From: Oscillospiraceae bacterium
GTDB taxonomy: Bacteria > Bacillota > Clostridia > Oscillospirales > Butyricicoccaceae
Reading direction: 5' to 3'
Assembly (NCBI GenBank): GCA_015068445.1
Contig: SVKN01000003.1
Coordinates: 3,088-67,087, forward strand
DNA: 64,000 nucleotides
Positions 61,643-64,000 of the stretch are shown here, in pieces. The notes beneath the pieces were generated by a model, which saw only the letters and a list, made by a program, of their open reading frames with translations, was not told where the DNA came from and did no database searches. The position numbers were made by a program, and so were the translations under genes. Positions within the stretch are counted from its first letter, which is position 1. Each line of letters starts with the position of its first letter.

Positions 61643-62923
61643 ATGGGATTAATGAAAGAACTGCGCCGCACCGCGCAGGAGCGTCTGGCCTTTGAGGATC
61701 GGAACACGCTGATGATCATGGGCGAGGCGCTGTTTGCCGGGATGGTGCTGCAGCTGACGAACCCGTTTTATCAGCTGTTCGCCTCGGCCATGGGCGCGGA
61801 CGACGTGGCCATCGGCCTGATCAGCTCGCTGCCCGCCTTCTGCGCGCTGTTCGTGCTGCTGCCCGCTTCCCTGTACATCGACCGCGTCAGGGACAAGAAA
61901 AAGTTCCTCGCCACGGCCATCACGGTCTGCGGCGTGATTTTGCCGATCGTGGCACTGTCGCCGTTTCTGGGCGACCGGGGCTACTGGTTCTTCATCATCG
62001 GCATCTCGCTGTGGAACATCCCCTATATCTGCTACACCGTTTCGTGGCAGAGCTATTTCTCCGACCTCTATCCCCCCTCGAAGCGCGCCATCCCCTACGC
62101 CCGGCGTCAGATGACCACCTACGCCGTGCCCATCGTGACGATCATGGCCGGCGGATTGATCCTCAGCTACGTCTGCAAGACGCAGGAGAGCAAGATCCTG
62201 GCCTATCAGATCTTCTTCACGCTGGCGTTCGTGGCGTCGATCTTCCAGCGCCGGTGCATCCAGAAGACCGAGATGCTCTACGAGGTGTCGAAGCAGGATC
62301 ACTCCGGCAACCCGCTGAAGGAGTTCATCCAGGCGATCAAAAACCTGCGGCAGCACCCGCAGTTCTGCCTGTTCCTGGGCCTGCTGTTCGTCTTCTACTT
62401 CTCGTGGCAGATGGCGTGGCCCATGTTCTTCCTGTTCCTCGTCAAGGACGTCGGGTTCAATGAGGCGACCAAGAGCCTGTTCGACGTCACGTCGTACCTG
62501 TCCCAGACGCTGATGTCCAACTGGTGGGGCCGCCGGATCGACAAGTACGGCCCCCGGGGCTCCACGATCCTGGGTCTGCTGGGCTCGGCTCTCGTCCCCG
62601 CGTGGACCGTGTTCACCCGCAGCTTCCCCATCATCCTGACGAGCTACATTTTCAGCGGCGGCACGGGCCCGGGCTTCCAGCTGGGCCTGTTCAACGACAT
62701 GCTGGACAACCTGCCGGAGGAGAACAAGTCGCTGTACATCGGCATCTACAACATGGTCATGCAGATCTCCAATTTCGTGGCGCCGCTGTTCGGCGTGGCA
62801 CTTTACACGCGCATCGGCGCGCGGAACACCATGTACGTCTCGTCCGTGGCGCGATTCTTCGCTGCCGGATGCTTCTTCATCCGCTATCTGTGGCTGAAGA
62901 AGAGAGAGACGAAGGCCGCTTGA
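61643..62923 (+). CDS. MFS transporter
   Basis: 12 predicted TM helices with an MFS-like loop 2-3 (YIDRVRDKKKF). Confidence 0.8.
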   Translation: MGLMKELRRTAQERLAFEDRNTLMIMGEALFAGMVLQLTNPFYQLFASAMGADDVAIGLISSLPAFCALFVLLPASLYIDRVRDKKKFLATAITVCGVILPIVALSPFLGDRGYWFFIIGISLWNIPYICYTVSWQSYFSDLYPPSKRAIPYARRQMTTYAVPIVTIMAGGLILSYVCKTQESKILAYQIFFTLAFVASIFQRRCIQKTEMLYEVSKQDHSGNPLKEFIQAIKNLRQHPQFCLFLGLLFVFYFSWQMAWPMFFLFLVKDVGFNEATKSLFDVTSYLSQTLMSNWWGRRIDKYGPRGSTILGLLGSALVPAWTVFTRSFPIILTSYIFSGGTGPGFQLGLFNDMLDNLPEENKSLYIGIYNMVMQISNFVAPLFGVALYTRIGARNTMYVSSVARFFAAGCFFIRYLWLKKRETKAA

Positions 62924-62931
62924 TGACACAT

Positions 62932-62962
62932 AAAAAAGACGCCCCGGAGGGCGTCTTTTTTT
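62932..62962. terminator. bidirectional terminator
   Basis: AAAAAAGACGCCC-CGGA-GGGCGTCTTTTTTT. Confidence 0.85.
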
Positions 62963-62966
62963 ACGC

Positions 62967-64000
62967 TTAGAATCCCTGCTTTTCGAGGAAATCGACGGCG
63001 AACTGGGAGAAGACCGAGGCGACCTTGGCCAGCATGGACTCCTCCAGGATGAACTGGTTGGAGTGCAGGCCGAACTTGCCTCTCGTCTCGTCGGTGGCGA
63101 TGCCGGCGAAGATGTACGCGCCGGGGACGCGGGTGATGTACTCGCTGAAGTCCTCGCCGCCCAGGTGGGGCATGTTGTCGATCTTGACGTTCTCGGCGCC
63201 CAGTACCTTGGAGGCGGCCTCCACGCAGAAGGGAATGGCCTCGGGGCTGTTGATGACGGCCTCGCCGGAGCGGGTGGTGACCTCGGCCGTCGCGCCGTTG
63301 GCCTCCGCGATGCCCTTGGTGACCAGCTCGATCTGCTTCTTCATCTCCTCCATGACGTCGCGGCGGTCGGAGCGGATGGTGCCGGTCATGGTGCAGCAAT
63401 CGGGGATGACGTTGCTCTTGTCCTGGGGGCCGGAGTGGATCGTGCAGACGCTCAGCACGCGGGCCGCGGTCTCGTTGAGCCTGCGGGAGACGATCTGCTG
63501 CAGGCCGTTGTAGACCTGATTGGCCACGGCGATGGGATCGATGCACTGATGGGGCCAGGAGCCGTGGCCGCCCTTGCCGGTGATCTTGATGGTGAAGCCG
63601 CCGGCAAAGCCGAAGGCGCTGCGGGCCGCGATGTGCACCTGCCCGGCGTCGATCTCGGGCCAGGCGTGGGCTGCAAAGACGGCGTCCACCGTCGGGTTCT
63701 CCAGGACCTTGGACTCCTGGACCATCTTGCGTCCGCCGCCGCCGCCCTCTTCGCCCGGCTGGAAGACGAACTTGACGCTGCCCTTCAGATGCTCGCGCAG
63801 CTGTGACAGGATCATGGCGCTGCCCAGCAGCCAGGTGGCGTGGCCGTCGTGGCCGCAGGCGTGCATGACGTTTTCATTGCAGGAGCGGAACTCCACGCCG
63901 CTCTCCTCCTCGATGGGCAGCGCGTCGATGTCGGCGCGCAGCAGGACGGTCTTGCCCTCCCCTGCGCCGCCTCTCAGCAGACCGACGACGCCGGTGCCGC
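62967..64000 (-). CDS. M20D-family amidohydrolase (N-acyl-amino-acid / hippurate hydrolase-like), N-terminus outside window
   Basis: The frame stays open to base 64000 (GTGVVGLLRGGAGEGKTVLLRADIDALPIEEESGVEF...MHACGHDGH...FQPGEEGGGG...GGEDF). Confidence 0.88.
   Translation of the reverse strand, partial: GTGVVGLLRGGAGEGKTVLLRADIDALPIEEESGVEFRSCNENVMHACGHDGHATWLLGSAMILSQLREHLKGSVKFVFQPGEEGGGGGRKMVQESKVLENPTVDAVFAAHAWPEIDAGQVHIAARSAFGFAGGFTIKITGKGGHGSWPHQCIDPIAVANQVYNGLQQIVSRRLNETAARVLSVCTIHSGPQDKSNVIPDCCTMTGTIRSDRRDVMEEMKKQIELVTKGIAEANGATAEVTTRSGEAVINSPEAIPFCVEAASKVLGAENVKIDNMPHLGGEDFSEYITRVPGAYIFAGIATDETRGKFGLHSNQFILEESMLAKVASVFSQFAVDFLEKQGF

Overview
High-GC (about 60-65% by eye) chromosomal segment. 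Gene content suggests a Clostridia/Oscillospirales-like Firmicute (SleB-type hydrolase, YerC, PurO-type IMP cyclohydrolase, AGGAGG Shine-Dalgarno sites, TTGACA-17-TATAAT promoters); this taxonomic call is inference. Left to right: asd 3' end; an oppBCDF-type peptide ABC importer with no binding-protein gene; a SleB-like hydrolase; AraC, YerC and endonuclease IV genes; tRNA-Pro(GGG); a membrane-anchored LuxR regulator; a hybrid histidine kinase coupled to a hemerythrin/PAS protein and an Fe-S aldo-keto reductase; an alpha/beta hydrolase; and a 1746-aa secreted multi-repeat protein. Next comes a complete type I-C CRISPR-Cas locus (cas3-cas5-cas8c-cas7-cas4-cas1-cas2, 16 perfect 33-nt repeats plus one degenerate repeat, 16 spacers). 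It is followed by a decayed fragment of a mobile-element polyvalent-protein-like gene. The remainder holds a secreted transglutaminase-like protein, mnmA, efflux and other transporters, a NodB-type deacetylase, an orphan 86-aa NrdD-type glycyl-radical mini-protein, an AEC transporter, an XRE regulator, a fused membrane/spermidine-synthase-like protein, metNIQ, a nine-gene pur operon (purE-C-F-M-N, purO-like, purH, purD, purL), a C_GCAxxG_C_C protein, an MFS transporter and a partial M20 amidohydrolase. Most notable observations: (1) the metNIQ leader has no recognisable S-box or T-box but encodes a 36-codon peptide with 8 Met and 4 Cys codons embedded in a terminator/antiterminator switch; (2) the stand-alone NrdD-type glycyl-radical loop protein sits behind NrdR-box-like repeats; (3) GC content drops sharply in cas8c close to the predicted internal cas11 start; (4) the CRISPR-adjacent polyvalent-gene remnant carries a low-GC cassette, a frameshift and an in-frame TAG; (5) the pur and opp operons have terminator-containing leaders of unrecognised class, and PurF lacks the Cys1 nucleophile. 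All calls come from reading the sequence and ORF track by eye; no searches were run.
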